This document shows positions 37,918 to 50,699 of a stretch of 64,000 nt of DNA, piece after piece. The stretch comes from Mustelus asterias. Taxonomy: Eukaryota. The stretch covers positions 73,966,001 through 74,030,000 of the forward strand of contig NC_135817.1 in the NCBI RefSeq assembly GCF_964213995.1. The letters are read 5' to 3'. Both the position numbers and the translations under genes were made by a program. The notes below the pieces were generated by a model. It was given only the letters and a program-made list of their open reading frames with translations, was not told the origin of the DNA and searched no databases. Position 1 is the first letter of the stretch. Each line of letters starts with the position of its first letter.

Positions 37918-39290
37918 AACATAGAAGATAGGAGCAGGAGGAAGCCATTTGGCCCTTCGTGCCTGCTCCGCCATTCATTACTATCATGGCTGATCATCCA
38001 ACTCAATAGCCTAATTCTGCTTTCTCCCCATAACCTTTGATCCCATTCGCCCCAAGTGCTAAATCTAGCCGCCTCTTGAATACATTCAATGTTTTGGCAT
38101 CAACTACTTCCTGTGGTAATGAATTCCACAGGCTCACCACTCTTTGGGTGAAGAAATGTCTCCTCGTCTCCGTCCTAAATGATCTACCCCAAATCCTCAG
38201 ACTGTGACCCCTGGTTCTAGACTCCCCCACCATCAGGAACATCTTCCCTGCATCTACCCTATCTAGTCCTGTTAGAATTTTATAAGTCTCTATGAGATTC
38301 CCCCCTCATTCATCTGAACTCAAGCGAAAACAATCCCAATCCGAAAGCCCACTAACGCCTCTACTTTCTCAGAAGACTAAGGAAATTTGGCATGTCAGCT
38401 ATAACTCTCACCAACTTTTACAGATGCACCACAGAAAGCATTCTTTCTGGTTGCATCACAGCTTGGTATGGCTCTTGCTCTGCCCAAGACCTCAAGAAAC
38501 TACAAAAGGTTGTGAATGTAGCCCAAACCATCACACAAATCAGCCTCTCATCCTCTGACTCTGTCTACACTTCCCGCTGCCTTGGCAAAGCAGCCAACAT
38601 AATTAAGGACCCCACGCACCATATACATTGTCTCTTCCACCTTCTTCCATCGAGAAAAATACACAAATGTCTGAGGTCACGTACCAACCGACTCAAGAAC
38701 AGCTTCTTCCTGCTGCCATCAGACTTTTGAATGGACCTATCTTGTATTAAGTTCTCTACACCCTAGCCATGACTGTAACACTACATTCTGCATTCTCTCA
38801 TTTCCTTCTCTATGAACGGTATGCTTTGTCTGTATAGCACGCAAGAAACAATGCTTTTCACTGTATGCTAGTACGTGACAATAATAATCAAATCATTCCT
38901 AACCTAGTCAATCTCTCCTCATACATCAGTCCCGCCTCCTAGAATCAGCCTGGTAAACCTTTGCTGCACTCCTTTGAGAGCAAGAACATCCTTCCTCAGA
39001 AAAGGAGACCAAAACTGCACACAGTATTCTAGGTGTGGCCTCACCAAGGCCCTGTATAATTGCAGCAACACATCCCTGCTCCTGTACTCGAAACCTCTTG
39101 CTATGAAGGCCAACATACCATTTGCCTTCTTTACCGCCTGCTGCATGCTTACCTTTAACGACTGGTGCAAAGAACACCCAGGTCCTGCTGCACATTTCCC
39201 TCTCCCAATTTACAGCCATTCAGGTAGTAATCTGCCTTCGTGTTTTTGCTTCCAAAATGAATAACCTCACATTTATCCAAATTATATTGC
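37918..39290 (-). mobile_element. CR1 LINE 3' part with nested Rex1-like insertion (38342-38894)
   Basis: KKANGMLAFIARGFEYRS..LYRALVRPHLEYCVQFWSP and RTRGHSLRI..FFTQRVVSLWNSLP. Confidence 0.88.
38342..38894 (+). mobile_element. Rex1/Babar-like LINE 3' fragment
   Basis: FYRCTTESILSGCITAWYGSC..LQKVV and RTNRLKNSFF, with a (AATCA)n tail. Other tails at ~12595-12648, 13590-13730(-), 19205-19340(-) and 41290-41568. Confidence 0.85.
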
Positions 39291-39572
39291 ACCTGCAGCA
39301 AACCCACGCAGACACAGGGAGAACATGCAAATTCCACACAGTCACCCAAGGCTGGAATTATGGTAACCACTGTGCCACCCATCTTATAGAATATAGTGCT
39401 GGAGGTATGAAAGGGATTGCACGTATCAAAAGATCTCCCAGGTAAAATTAACAAGCAAGATCTGCATGTGTACCTACCAACCATAAATTAACATTTCAGT
39501 TAAGTTCTTCCATGATTGTAAAAACTGTGCCCTTGCACTACTGACACCCGAAAAGTTCTAGACGGAACCAGA

Positions 39573-41140
39573 AAAAGGTTGGATCCCACGGAATAAAGGG
39601 GGAGGTGGCTAGATGGGTGGAGAACTGGCTTGGTCATAGAAGACAGAGGGTGGTAGTGGAAGGGTCTTTTTCCGGCTGGAGGCCTGTGACTAGTGGTGTA
39701 CCGCAGGGCTCTGTATTGGGACCTCTGCTGTTTGTGATTTATATAAATGATCTGGAAGGAGGAGTAACTGGGGTGATCAGTAAGTTTGCGGACGACACAA
39801 AACTGGCAGGACTTGCAGATAGTGAGGAACATTGTCAGAGGCTACAGAAGGATATAGATAGGCTGGAAATTTGGGCAAGGAAATGGCAGATGGAGTTCAA
39901 TCCTGATAAATGCGAAGTGATGCATTTTGGTGGGAATAATGTAGGGAGGAGCTACACGATAAATGGAAGAACCATAAAGGGTGTAGAGACGCAGAGGGAC
40001 CTGGGTGTGCAAGTCCACAGATCTTTGAAGGTGACGTCACAGGTGGAGAAGGTGGTGAAGAAGGCATATGGCATGCTTGCCTTTATAGGACGGGGCATAG
40101 AGTATAAGAGTTGGGGTCTGATGTTGCAGATGTATAGAACGTTGGTTCGGCCGCATTTGGAATACTGCGTCCAGTTCTGGTCGCCACACTACCAGAAGGA
40201 CGTGGAGGCTTTGGAGAGAGTACAGAGGAGGTTTACCAGGATGTTGCCTGGTATGGAGGGGCTTGGTTATGAGGAGAGATTGGGGAAACTGGGGTTGTTC
40301 TCCTTGGAAAGACGGAGGATGAGGGGAGACTTAATAGAGGTGTATAAAATTATGAAAGGCATAGATAGGGTGAACGGTGGGAAGCTTTTCCCCGGGTCGG
40401 TGGTGACATTCACGAGGGGTCATAGGTTCAAGGTGAAGGGGGGGAGGTTTAACACAGATATCAGAAGGACATATTTCACACAGAGGGTCGTGGGGGCCTG
40501 GAATGTGTTGCCGGGCAAGGTGGTGGAGGCGGACACACTGGGAACGTTTAAGACTTATCTAGACAGCTATATGAACGGAGTGGGAATGGATACAAAAGAG
40601 TGGTCTAGTTTGGACCAGGGAGCGGCGCGGGCTAATTGTTCCTTGTTTCTCGTTTCAAGGCTTCATTCTATGATCATCTTGCTGGTGCCAGTACAGAGCG
40701 AGACTGCAGATAGTTGGGAACCTGTCTCGGGGGCAGGAAATTCAGATGGTGTTCGTGGAAGTGGAAATGACTAGGGTTGGGAAGCATTTTCCGATCGGGG
40801 CCATTGTGATCTCCTGGACTCGTTTCGATCGCCTCAGGGGGTCGGAGAGGAATTTCCCAGATTTTTTTCCCCCATATTGGCCCTGGGGTTTTTCACTCTG
40901 GGTTTTCGCCTCTCCCTGGAAATCACATGGTCTGGAATGGGGGGTGGGGGTGAGTTAATAGGTTGTAATGAACAAAGCATCGTAGCTGTGAGGGACAGCT
41001 CGGTGGATAGGATATTGGTATGTAGATAGGCTGGAAAATTGGGCGGGGATCCTGGATTCAGGATTCAATCCTGGACCGGGGAGCGGCGCGGGCTTGGAGG
41101 GCCGAAGGGCCTGTTCCTGTGCTGTATTGTTCTTTGTTCT
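39573..41140 (+). mobile_element. Young, 5'-truncated CR1 LINE (uninterrupted RT C-half) with long composite 3' UTR, antisense in TAF13 intron 1
   Basis: Stop-free ORF with SGVPQGSVLGPLLFVIYINDL, KFADDTK, RPHLEYCVQFWSP and TRGHRFK. Ends in (TGTTCT)-type repeats at ~41140. Confidence 0.92.
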
Positions 41141-43407
41141 AGTTTGGATCTATGCAATGCATCACAGAGTTCCTCCAAACTACCTACTTGGTGTGTCCTG
41201 GGTCAAACTCTTCCATCACAAAGTCAAAATTCTTTGGAACAGCAAATGTAAAAGCAGGCACTGAAATGATCATTGAACTCCGGACATTTTCTCTTCCATC
41301 AGGAAAAAGGTACAAAAATCTGAGGTCATGTACCAACAGACTCAAGAACAGCTTCTTCCCTGCTGCCATCAGACTCTTGAATGGACATACCTTATATTAA
41401 GTTGATCTTTTTCTACACCCTCGCTATGACCATAACACTACATTCTGCAGCCTCTCCTTTCCTTCTCTCCTATGTGCTTTATGAACGGTATGCTTTGTCT
41501 GTATAACATGCAAGAAACAATACTTTTCACTGCATACCAATACATGTGACAATAATAAATCAAATCAAGTTATTGAAATTCAACTGATAAAATAACATAT
41601 ATTTTATGTTAAAATTGGTGATCAGTCTCAAGATTCCAAATCATAAACAATGTCACAGCAAATACATGACTCTTGAGTTCACTTCCTTCCCACATGACCC
41701 AAGTGGCCCTCAACCCCTCAAAACAAAAACAAGATGCCCTCCATCCACCCATGAATAAGATTTCAATACCTTTTGCTACCCACATTGGCCGTATATCCCA
41801 TTCCAACTTACATATTTGTTGCCACTCTCTTCCCCCCTCCAACTGGCTGTAGTTGCTTGAGAGCTTCCTCAAGTCAGTCTCATTTTCCATTTTATAATAA
41901 CTCCTAAATCTTCATTTCCTACCCACAGCACCATCCTGATCTGCAGTCTCCCTCACTACCAGGCTGTAGTTTTTTATTTTGATTGGATTTGTCATGTCAA
42001 ATTAAATTTTGCCTCTGCTGATACCTGATTGCTTCATACCTCACTTCTACCCAATCCCACTGATCACCACCCCTTCCTTAACACTTCATTCTAACACCAC
42101 CCTATTCCGTACTTCCATCCCTTGCCTTCTCTTCTCCATTCCCCGAGATTGGTTCCATTATCCTGTATTGTCTAACCCTACTTGATTTGAAGAATTTAAA
42201 TTAGTCTTGTCCACTGAATTGCAACATAACAGGAGAAAGACTAGTAATTATTATGTGTACAGTGCACCATTTTGGATGGAACTGTGGGGGAAATAGGTCA
42301 GTATAAGATTTTTTTTGGAAAATGTGGAAATAAACAATTAAGTCATATTAAATTCTTATTAAAAATTTTAAAACTCAACACAAGGTTCACCATCCAGCCA
42401 CACCCCATCAGAACACAGCAACCCGACTGTTAACCATGAAGGTAAAATTGATCCAACAGACTGCTTCCTCCCAATACCCAAGTCTAATTAAGCCCCAGAA
42501 ATCAAAACAAAACAAACCATTATGGGGAGGCCATGGCCTCGTGGTATTATCACTGGACTATTAACCCAGGAAATGTTCTGGGGACCCAGGTTTGAATCCC
42601 ACCACAGCAGATGGTGGAATTTGAACTCAATAAAATGAATCTGGAATTAAGAATCTACTGATGACCATGAAACCATTGTCAATTGTCGGAAAAACCCATT
42701 TGGTTCACTAATGTCCTTGAGGGAAGGAAATCTGCTGTCCTTACCTGATCTGGCCTACATGTGTCTCAAGAGCCACAGCAATGTGGCTGACTCTCAACTG
42801 CCCTTGGGCAACTACGGATGGGCAATCAATACTGGCCAGCCAGCGATGCCCATGTCCCAAGAACGAATAAAAGAAAAAAATTCAATCTCCTGGCCTGACT
42901 GCTCCCAGTGCAAGCAATGATACAAGTGACTTGAAGGTGTTAATGCATTTTTCTTCCAAGCAATACTAATTTGAAATGTACAGATAGATGGTGGCTTCAG
43001 AAAATATGTGAAAGATACTTTAATGTAACGGCCTGATAAATTATAGAAAGGATCATTAAAGGCAAATTGTAATGTAAAAGAAATGTTTGTGCTCAAAATA
43101 AGAGAACAATTAAAAAAAGACTAAAAACCACAGAATGTGAGAATACATATGAAATAAACTTTGAGCATTCTGTTGCGTTGAGCTTTTATGAATTTGAAAG
43201 TTAGTGTGTAATACTTATCAGAAGATTGCAGAGTTAGGGATGAATAAGAAATATTAGCCAAAGGAGAGGAAAGAACAGGCAAAATGCACATGCAACTCAG
43301 AGAGGCTTCATCAACAGTATTTTCCAAACCCATGATCTCCACCAGCTCAAAGAACAAGTGCATGGGAACTTTCAAGTTCATGGTGGCACAGTGGTTAGCA
43401 CTGCTGC

Positions 43408-44014
43408 CCTCTTTTTAGGTCAAACCAAATAAACAAACTCAGATTAAGTCAGGACAAAGTAAAAAGGGGCAGCTCCCCAAAAGGAGGGGGAACAGCCCAA
43501 ACAGAAATCAAAGTACAAAGGAAACTTAAAAACATCAAATTAAAATGTGATTGTCAGGGTCAATAACGCACCCCAACCCCTGTGGTGCCCAACGGGCGCG
43601 GAAGGCGTCAACCGCGCCCGTGGACACCGCATGCTCCCTCTCCAGGGACACCCGGCCACGAACGTAGCCGCGGTAAAGGGGAAGACAGTCAGGATGGACG
43701 GCCCCCTCGATCGCCCGCTGCCTGGACCGGTAAATGGCACGTTTTGCCAGGCCCAGGAGCAGGTTCACGAGGAGGTCGCCATCCCGACCCTCCCCTCTCC
43801 GCACCGGGTGTCCGTACATCAGGAGCGTGGGACTGAAGTGCAAACAAAACATCAATAAAAGGTTCTTTAGGAAAACAAAAAGGGAGTGCAGCCTAAGACA
43901 CAAAACATAGACATGGTCCACGGACTCCACAAGGCCACAGAAAGGGCAGTCTTCGGAGCCCGTGAACCCTACGGTTGTGCGGCACTGCTGCATGCATCAC
44001 CCTCCACCCCAGGT
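43408..44014 (-). mobile_element. Tx1/L1-clade LINE 3' fragment inserted in an HE1 SINE head
   Basis: GWRVMHAAVPHN...CPFCGLVESVDHVYVLC (CCHC finger), LLLGLAKRAIYRSR. CpG-rich, which suggests a young insertion. Confidence 0.8.
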
Positions 44015-44929
44015 TTTACAGGGTCAGGGACCAATTCCTGGCTTGGGTCACTGTCTGCATATTCTCCCCTTGTCTGCGTGGGTTTCCTCCCACAGTCCAG
44101 AGGGCATGCTGGTTTGGTACATTGGCCATGCTCCCTCAGTGTACCCAAACAGATGCTGGTGTGGCGCGACTAAGGGATTTTCACAGCAACTTCATTGCAA
44201 TGATAATGTAAGCCTACTTGTGACACTAATAAATAAACTCAATCAGACATTATCCTGACTAAGCTATGGTGCCATTTCTAAATGTCACTGTGTCAAAATC
44301 CTGGAACTCCTTTCCAAACAACACCGTGGGTGTGCATTTACACCATATGAACTGCAACAGCTCAAGAAGGAAGCCGACCGACACTTTCTGAAGGCAATTA
44401 GGGAAGGGCAATAAATGCTGACTAGCCAACGACACTCACAACCCATGAAAAAGTAGAACAGTCCTCCTACTCCCTGCCCTACTGTAAACCCTCAATTCTC
44501 CATGTACCATCTGAACTAATGCACCATGACAGGCATATTCGCAAAACAAATAATAAATGGGCAGCACGGTGGCACAGTGGTTAGCACTGCTGCCTCACAG
44601 TGCCAGGGACCTGGGTTCGATTCCCGGCTTGGGTCACTGTGTGGAGTTTGTCCATGTTCTCCCCGTGTCTGCGTGGGTTTCCTGCGGGTGCTCTGGTTTC
44701 CCCCCAGTCTGAAAGACGTGCTGGTTAGGGTGCATTGACCCGAACAGGCGCCGGAGTGTGGCGACTAGGGGGAATTTCACAGTAACTTCATTGCAGTGTT
44801 AATGTCAGCCTTACTTGTGACACTAATAAATAAACTTTACTTTAAAAGGGACACCCGCCCCTCCAGACATCAGGTTCCTGATAGCACCGACAAATTCAAC
44901 CGCCACCCTCCATTAACACTGGCCACAGG

Positions 44930-45400
44930 GAAACAAGGTGCATCGCAGCTGCTGATGTTGGGCTGTTTCATTCTCGACTGCAGCTGCGGAGAAGGGAGCG
45001 CTAGTTTACCCTTCTCCGGTTACTTCCTTCCCGCCGCTGCTCTCAGACAGAGCCCGGCGTCAGGAGGCCGCGGGTCAACGGCGCTGAGCGCTCTGACAAG
45101 GTGAAGCCCGGGACTCACCGCCTGCTCGTCGTCGTCGTCGGCCATTTTTTTCGGAGACGGATCTCGGTCCATCGATCAATACGTCACGCAGCAGAGCAAC
45201 GGTCAGCGGGTGGAATGTTGGGAGAGTCTCCAGGGAGACGGCGGCGTCATCGGCGTCGCTGCGTCAGCGGCGTCCCTGCGTCATGTGTTAGGTTGTCAAC
45301 CCCGGCCATGGCGGAGTGGCGCAGCTTCGTATCCAGTAGGCCGACCTCTTCTGCTCTTGGCCTGTATATCGCAGGCGGCCTTCTCCATGGGGGGGAGCGA
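44930..45400. promoter_or_regulatory. CpG-island promoter of TAF13
   Basis: Local CpG-dense, GC-rich stretch around exon 1. Contains repeated CGTCA (CRE/ATF half-sites), a YY1-like AAAATGGC overlapping the ATG and an ETS-like CTTCC. No TATA box. Confidence 0.75.
45119..45145 (-). CDS. TAF13: TFIID subunit TAF13 coding exon 1 (MADDDDEQA)
   Basis: ATG at 45145 in AAAATGG context, 27 nt, donor GTGAGT. Lies in a CpG island. Resembles human MADEEEDPT. Confidence 0.9.
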
Positions 45401-46176
45401 GGAATAAAATCCTCTGCACCATTTGAACAGCTCAAAGCTGACACCCATTGTTGTAAATACCCATCTGGTTCACTACAATGTCCTTTAGGGAAGGAAATCT
45501 GCCCCCTTTACCCTGGTCTGGCCTACATGTGTCTCCAGAGCCACAGTTATGTGGTCGGCTCTTAAATACCCCCTTCAAAGGGCAACTAGGGATGGGTGAT
45601 AAATGCTGACCCAGCCAACGACGCCCACATGCCACGAATTAAAAAAACAAAGACAAATCCAGAAGATAAAGGATGTGTGGTGGAAAGAGAAAGCGTGAGA
45701 GATCCAACAAAATCCATACATTTACTGCAACCCAAAAATAAATTACGTGAAATTTAGGGCATGGAAAAAGGCCATGCACCTGGCATGTGCCTATTGAACC
45801 CCCCACCAACATATACTTTTATTCTTTGCGCCCTCATGCTTTGGCCCCATCATCGGCTGTCCCTTGATTTGAGGATGATGTCCACTCAGGGCCTCGTGTT
45901 TCTGCCATGGCTCTTCATGTGACCGAACAAACCTGATCCTGGACCTGATGATCTTTGGGCACACGGGGGCAGGACGTCCCACAAGTTAATGGGATACAGA
46001 GTGCAGGATTTGCTTCCTTTTCTCTCCTCTGCCTGGTGCTCTGTACCATCAGGAAGCTGTTTGGACTCAGGGTGATTCAACTTAATGGACATCATGAATG
46101 TCAATGCTAACGTGCTTCGAAAGAAGAGCTTCACAGTTTGAAGCATTTTTTTTGCCCCCCACCCTTCCTCCCCAGA

Positions 46177-47450
46177 TTTGATTTGATTTGATATATTATT
46201 GTCACGTGTATTAGTATACAGTGAAAAGTATTGTTTCTTGTGCGCTATACAGACAAAGCATACCGTTCATAGAGAAGGAAAGGAGAGAGTGCAGAATGTA
46301 CTGTTACAGTCATAGCTAGGGTGTAGAGAAAGATCAACTTAATGCAAGATAAGTCCATTCAAAAGTCTGACAGCAGCAGGGAAGAAGCTGTTCTTGAGTC
46401 AGTTGGTACATGACCACAGACTTTTTATCTTTTTCCCGATGGAAGAGAGAATGTCCGGGGTGCGTGGGGTCCTTAATTATGCTGGCTGCTTTGCCGATGT
46501 AGCGGAAAGTATAGACAGAGTCAATGATGGGAGGCTGGTTTGCATGATGGATTGGACTATATTCACGACCTTTTGTAGTTCTTTGCAGTCTTGGGCAGAG
46601 CAGGAGCCATACCAAGCCGTGATACAACCAGAAAGAATGCTTTCTATGGTGCATCTGTAAAAGTTGGTGAGAGTCGTAGCTGACATGCCAAATTTCCTTA
46701 GTCTTCTGAGAAAGTAGAGGCGTTCTTAACTATAGTGTCAGCATGGGGGGACCAGGACAGGTTGTTGGTGATCTAGATACTTAAAAACTTGAAGCTCTCA
46801 ACCCTTTCTACTTCGTCCCTGTTGATGTAGACAGGGGCATGTTCTCCTTTACGCTTCCTGAAGTCGATGACAATCTCCTTCGTTTTGTTGACATTTAGGG
46901 AGAGATTATTTTTGCCGCACCAGTTCACCAGGTTCTCTATCTCATTCCTGTACTCTGTCTCGTCATTGTTTGAGATCCGACCCACTACGGTGGTGTCGTC
47001 AGCAAACTTGAAAATTGAATTGGAGGGGAATTTGGCCACACAGTGATAGGTGTATAAGGAGTATAGTAGGGGGCTGAGAACACAGCCTTGTGGGGCACCG
47101 GTGTTGAGAATGATCATGGAGGAGGTGTTGTTGCCTATCCTTACTGATTGTGGTCTGTGAGTTAGGAAGTTCAGGATCCAGTCGCAGAGGAAGGAGCTGA
47201 GTCCCAAGCCACGGAGTTTGGAGATGTTTTATAGGAATAATGGTGTTGAAGGCTGAGCTGTAGTCAATAAATAGGAAACTGACATAGATGTCCTTGTTAT
47301 CTATGTGTTCCAGGGTTGAGTGCAGGGCCATGGAGATGGTGACTGATGTGGACCTGTTGCGGCGGTAGGCAAACTGTAGTGGACCCAGGTAATCCGGGAG
47401 ACTGGAATTGATTCGTGCCATGACTAGCCTTTCGAAGCACTTCATAATGA
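46177..47450 (-). mobile_element. Rex1/Babar-like LINE, 5'-truncated RT plus 3' UTR
   Basis: MKCFERLV..PLQFAYRRNRST, IDYSSAFNTI, TGAPQGCVLSPLLYSLYT, KFADDTTVVG, with an (ATCAA)n tail. Confidence 0.9.
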
Positions 47451-50400
47451 TGGATTATTATCATGCCGGCTGTTTGAAAGTTGAGAAAACAGGAACTGGT
47501 GGGAGACACTTTTCAGTCATCCAAACCCAGTGTCTGATCCATCATTGTAATTTTTCCAGGAGTTTTGCCTAACTTCTTATGCAGCTGGCTTCCAGAAGGA
47601 TGCTAGCATTTGTTCGAAATCCTTCCCTTGAATCCGGAGGATGTGGCGGAGGGATAGCTGATGAAATTTCTCTAGCTCTCTTATGTATCACTCATATAGA
47701 GTTCAAACCCCACTGCAGTACAGAAGTGCAGTGATGATAACCTTCTGCCTTCTCAAACTTGCCCCTCATCTGAGGTGTGGTGCCCCTCAGGTTAAATCAC
47801 CACCAGTCAGCTCTCCCCCTCAGTCATCTGGGACTTTACTTATTTTTACTTTACACTCGGACTTTTCTTGACTTGCAGAGATCATTGGTGTCAAACACTC
47901 GCACCATAGTTTATAGAAGGTTGAGCTGGTGCAGCTGATTTGTTGTTGGACCTCCTCATCAATGGTGATTTTTTTGAGAGAGATTTGGCTACTAAACTAC
48001 GGGATGTACTCAACATGTTCCAAAGTGTGCCTTCAACGTGTATGAGAGATGGAATAATTGGTTGATGAAATGTGAGTTGATATGTGAGTTTTGTTTTGGC
48101 AACATTGAAGGACAGGCTGAGTCACTTGAATGAAGAATTGAAGAGCTCAAGAGCTGTTTGCAAATTTGGTGCAGAGTAGGCAATGACAATGCAGTCACCC
48201 ACAAACGAGATCATGTAGAATCATAGAATCCCTACAGTGCAGAAGGAGGCCATTCAGCGCATCAAATCTGCACTGACCACAATCCCACCCAGTACCTAAC
48301 CTGGAATCCCACGTATTTACTCTGCTAGACCCCTGACACTAAGAGATTAACGTGGCCATCCATTTAACCTGCACATCTTTGGACTGTGGGAGGAAACCGG
48401 AGCACCGGAGAAAACCCACGCAGACACGGGGAGAACGTGCAAACTCCACACAGACAGTCACCTGAGGCTGGAATTGAACCCAGGTCCCTGGCATTGTGAG
48501 GCAGCAGTGCTAACCTCTGTGGCACCATGTTGCCCATGTATGTTCTGATGGTCAGTTTTGTTTGGCAATGGAGATGACTGAGGTTAAAGAACTTTCCATC
48601 TACATAGCATTCAATAGTTATACCAGAGGACAGTTGATAATTGGTGATTAGCCACTGTCAAGTAGATTGTAAATAGTGTGAGGGCTATCACATAGCCTTG
48701 CTTAACACCGGTCTGAATTTTGATGGCATCTGTTTCAGAGCTCCCATTCAAGAGTTTCAATAGTTTCAGTCATATCATCAAGAGGCAATTGCACGATTGT
48801 AATGAAATTTCTTGGTCATCCAAATCTTTGGAGCACAATCCACAGAGTCTCGTGATTCACTGAATCAAATGCTTTGATCAGGTTGATGAATCCAATGAAG
48901 AGTTCCTGGTTAAAAGCAAGTTACCATGGATGCTGGAATCTACAACAAGAATACAAAATGCTGGAAAATCTCAGCTGGTCTTACAGCATCCATGGAGAGA
49001 GAATAGAGCCAATGTTTTGAATCTGGATGACCCAGCTTGAAACATTAGCTCTCTTTTCGTTCCACAGATGCTGTCAGACCTGAAGTGTCCCTGCTGTTGT
49101 TCTCAACATTTTTCTTAAACTTTATTTATTAGTCACAAGTAGGCTTACATTAACCCTGCAATGAAGTTACTGTGATAATCCCCTAGACGCCACACTCTAG
49201 CGCCTGTTCAGGTACACTGGGGAGAATTTAGCTTGGCCAATGCACCTAACCAGCATGTCTTTCAGACTGTGGGAGGAAACCGGAGCACCCGGAGGAAACC
49301 CACGCGGACACGAGGAGAATGTGCAAACTCCACACAGACAGCCACCCAAACCGGGAATTGAACCCGGGTCCCTGGCGCTGTGAGGCAGCAGTGCTAACCA
49401 CTGTGCCACTGTGTTTGTCTGGCAACAAAAACCATGTCGGAAGTTCCTCTGAAAGGTCTAAAGGCATACTGTCTCTGGGAGGGTTTAGTCGGCCACAGGA
49501 AGTAGGTGTTTCAGGAACATGTGCATTAGCATTTTCTCTGCTGTGGGTAAGAGGGAAATACCTCGATAGCTTCTGCAGCATGATTTATCTCCCTTCTTGA
49601 AAATATTTACAATTGTTGCATTCCTGAGGTCAGATATGGGAGCTTTTTCCTCCCAAATCTGTAGGAGGGTACACTGAGTACTGATGTGGGCATAAGCCCA
49701 CCAACTGTGAAGACCTCAGCTGCAACAATATCGGGGCCGTAAGCTGTGTTGTTTTTTATCCATATGATTGTTTATTGCAGCTCTCTCATTGCTGGTGGTT
49801 CACCCATGAATTCTACCACATGGTACCTTTTAAAAATGCATTCATGGGATGTGGGCATAACTGACTAGGCCAGCATTTATTGCCCATCCCTAATTGCCTT
49901 TGAGAAGGTGGTGGTGAGCTGCCTTCTTGAACTATTGCAGTCCATGTGGTGCAGGTGCACCCATGGTGCTGTGGATTCACAGTTGAGGAGTTGTTATAAA
50001 AATGTTCCTTCTAGCATTGATAGAAGGCATCAACATCCTTAAGAACAGAAGCACCATTCTGTGAGTAAAGAGGGTTTTGTCCATTTGACCTGGGTCTATT
50101 GATGGCCCTGGTGTCTTCAGAAAACCGTTGCATGTCATGAAGGTCAGCATTTTGTATCAGGCTTTCTCTTTGCACTCTAATCAAGATGCCTGGACTAATG
50201 CTCTGCAGACACAAGTTCAAATCCTACCACCGCAGCTGGTGGAATTTAAATCCAATTCATAAATCTGCTCTCGATAATGGTGACCAAAAAACTACTGGAT
50301 TGTCGTTAAAACCAAATTGTTTCATTAATGTCCTCCAGGGAAGAAAATCTGCTCGTCAGTCTGATCAATATGTAACTAGACCCACAGCAATGAGTTTAGT

Positions 50401-50699
50401 CCTTAACTGTGCTCTGAAATGGGCCAGCAAGTCACTCAGTTGTATCAAACTCCTACAGAAGTGTCAAATAAGAATAAAATTGCGTGGACCATTCACCATT
50501 ACTCTAGGCAATGAGATAACAGAGGTCCACCCTGCCGGGTTGACACTAACATTGGGGATTGATGCCAAAATTTGGAGGGCCAAGGGGTGCAGCCGCCATG
50601 GCATTGTGGGAGGAGGTAGTAGAAACTGAATGCCAGGGGCCTGACACTGTGATCTGGCCAGCAGTGTAGAAAAAAAATGTACAACTTTCTTTGAACAGT

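Noticed and set aside
39605-40774. 389-aa RT ORF as a domesticated gene or novel RT system
   Set aside because: It is a standard CR1 RT C-half, 5'-truncated, with no endonuclease domain or ATG start and with a LINE tail. Its intactness is explained by recent insertion.
43398-43991. GCACTGCTGC at 43398-43407 and 43982-43991 as a TSD of the Tx1 insertion
   Set aside because: The second copy lies inside Tx1 coding sequence (minus strand WRVMHAAVPHN), which continues to ~44014, so the match is coincidental.
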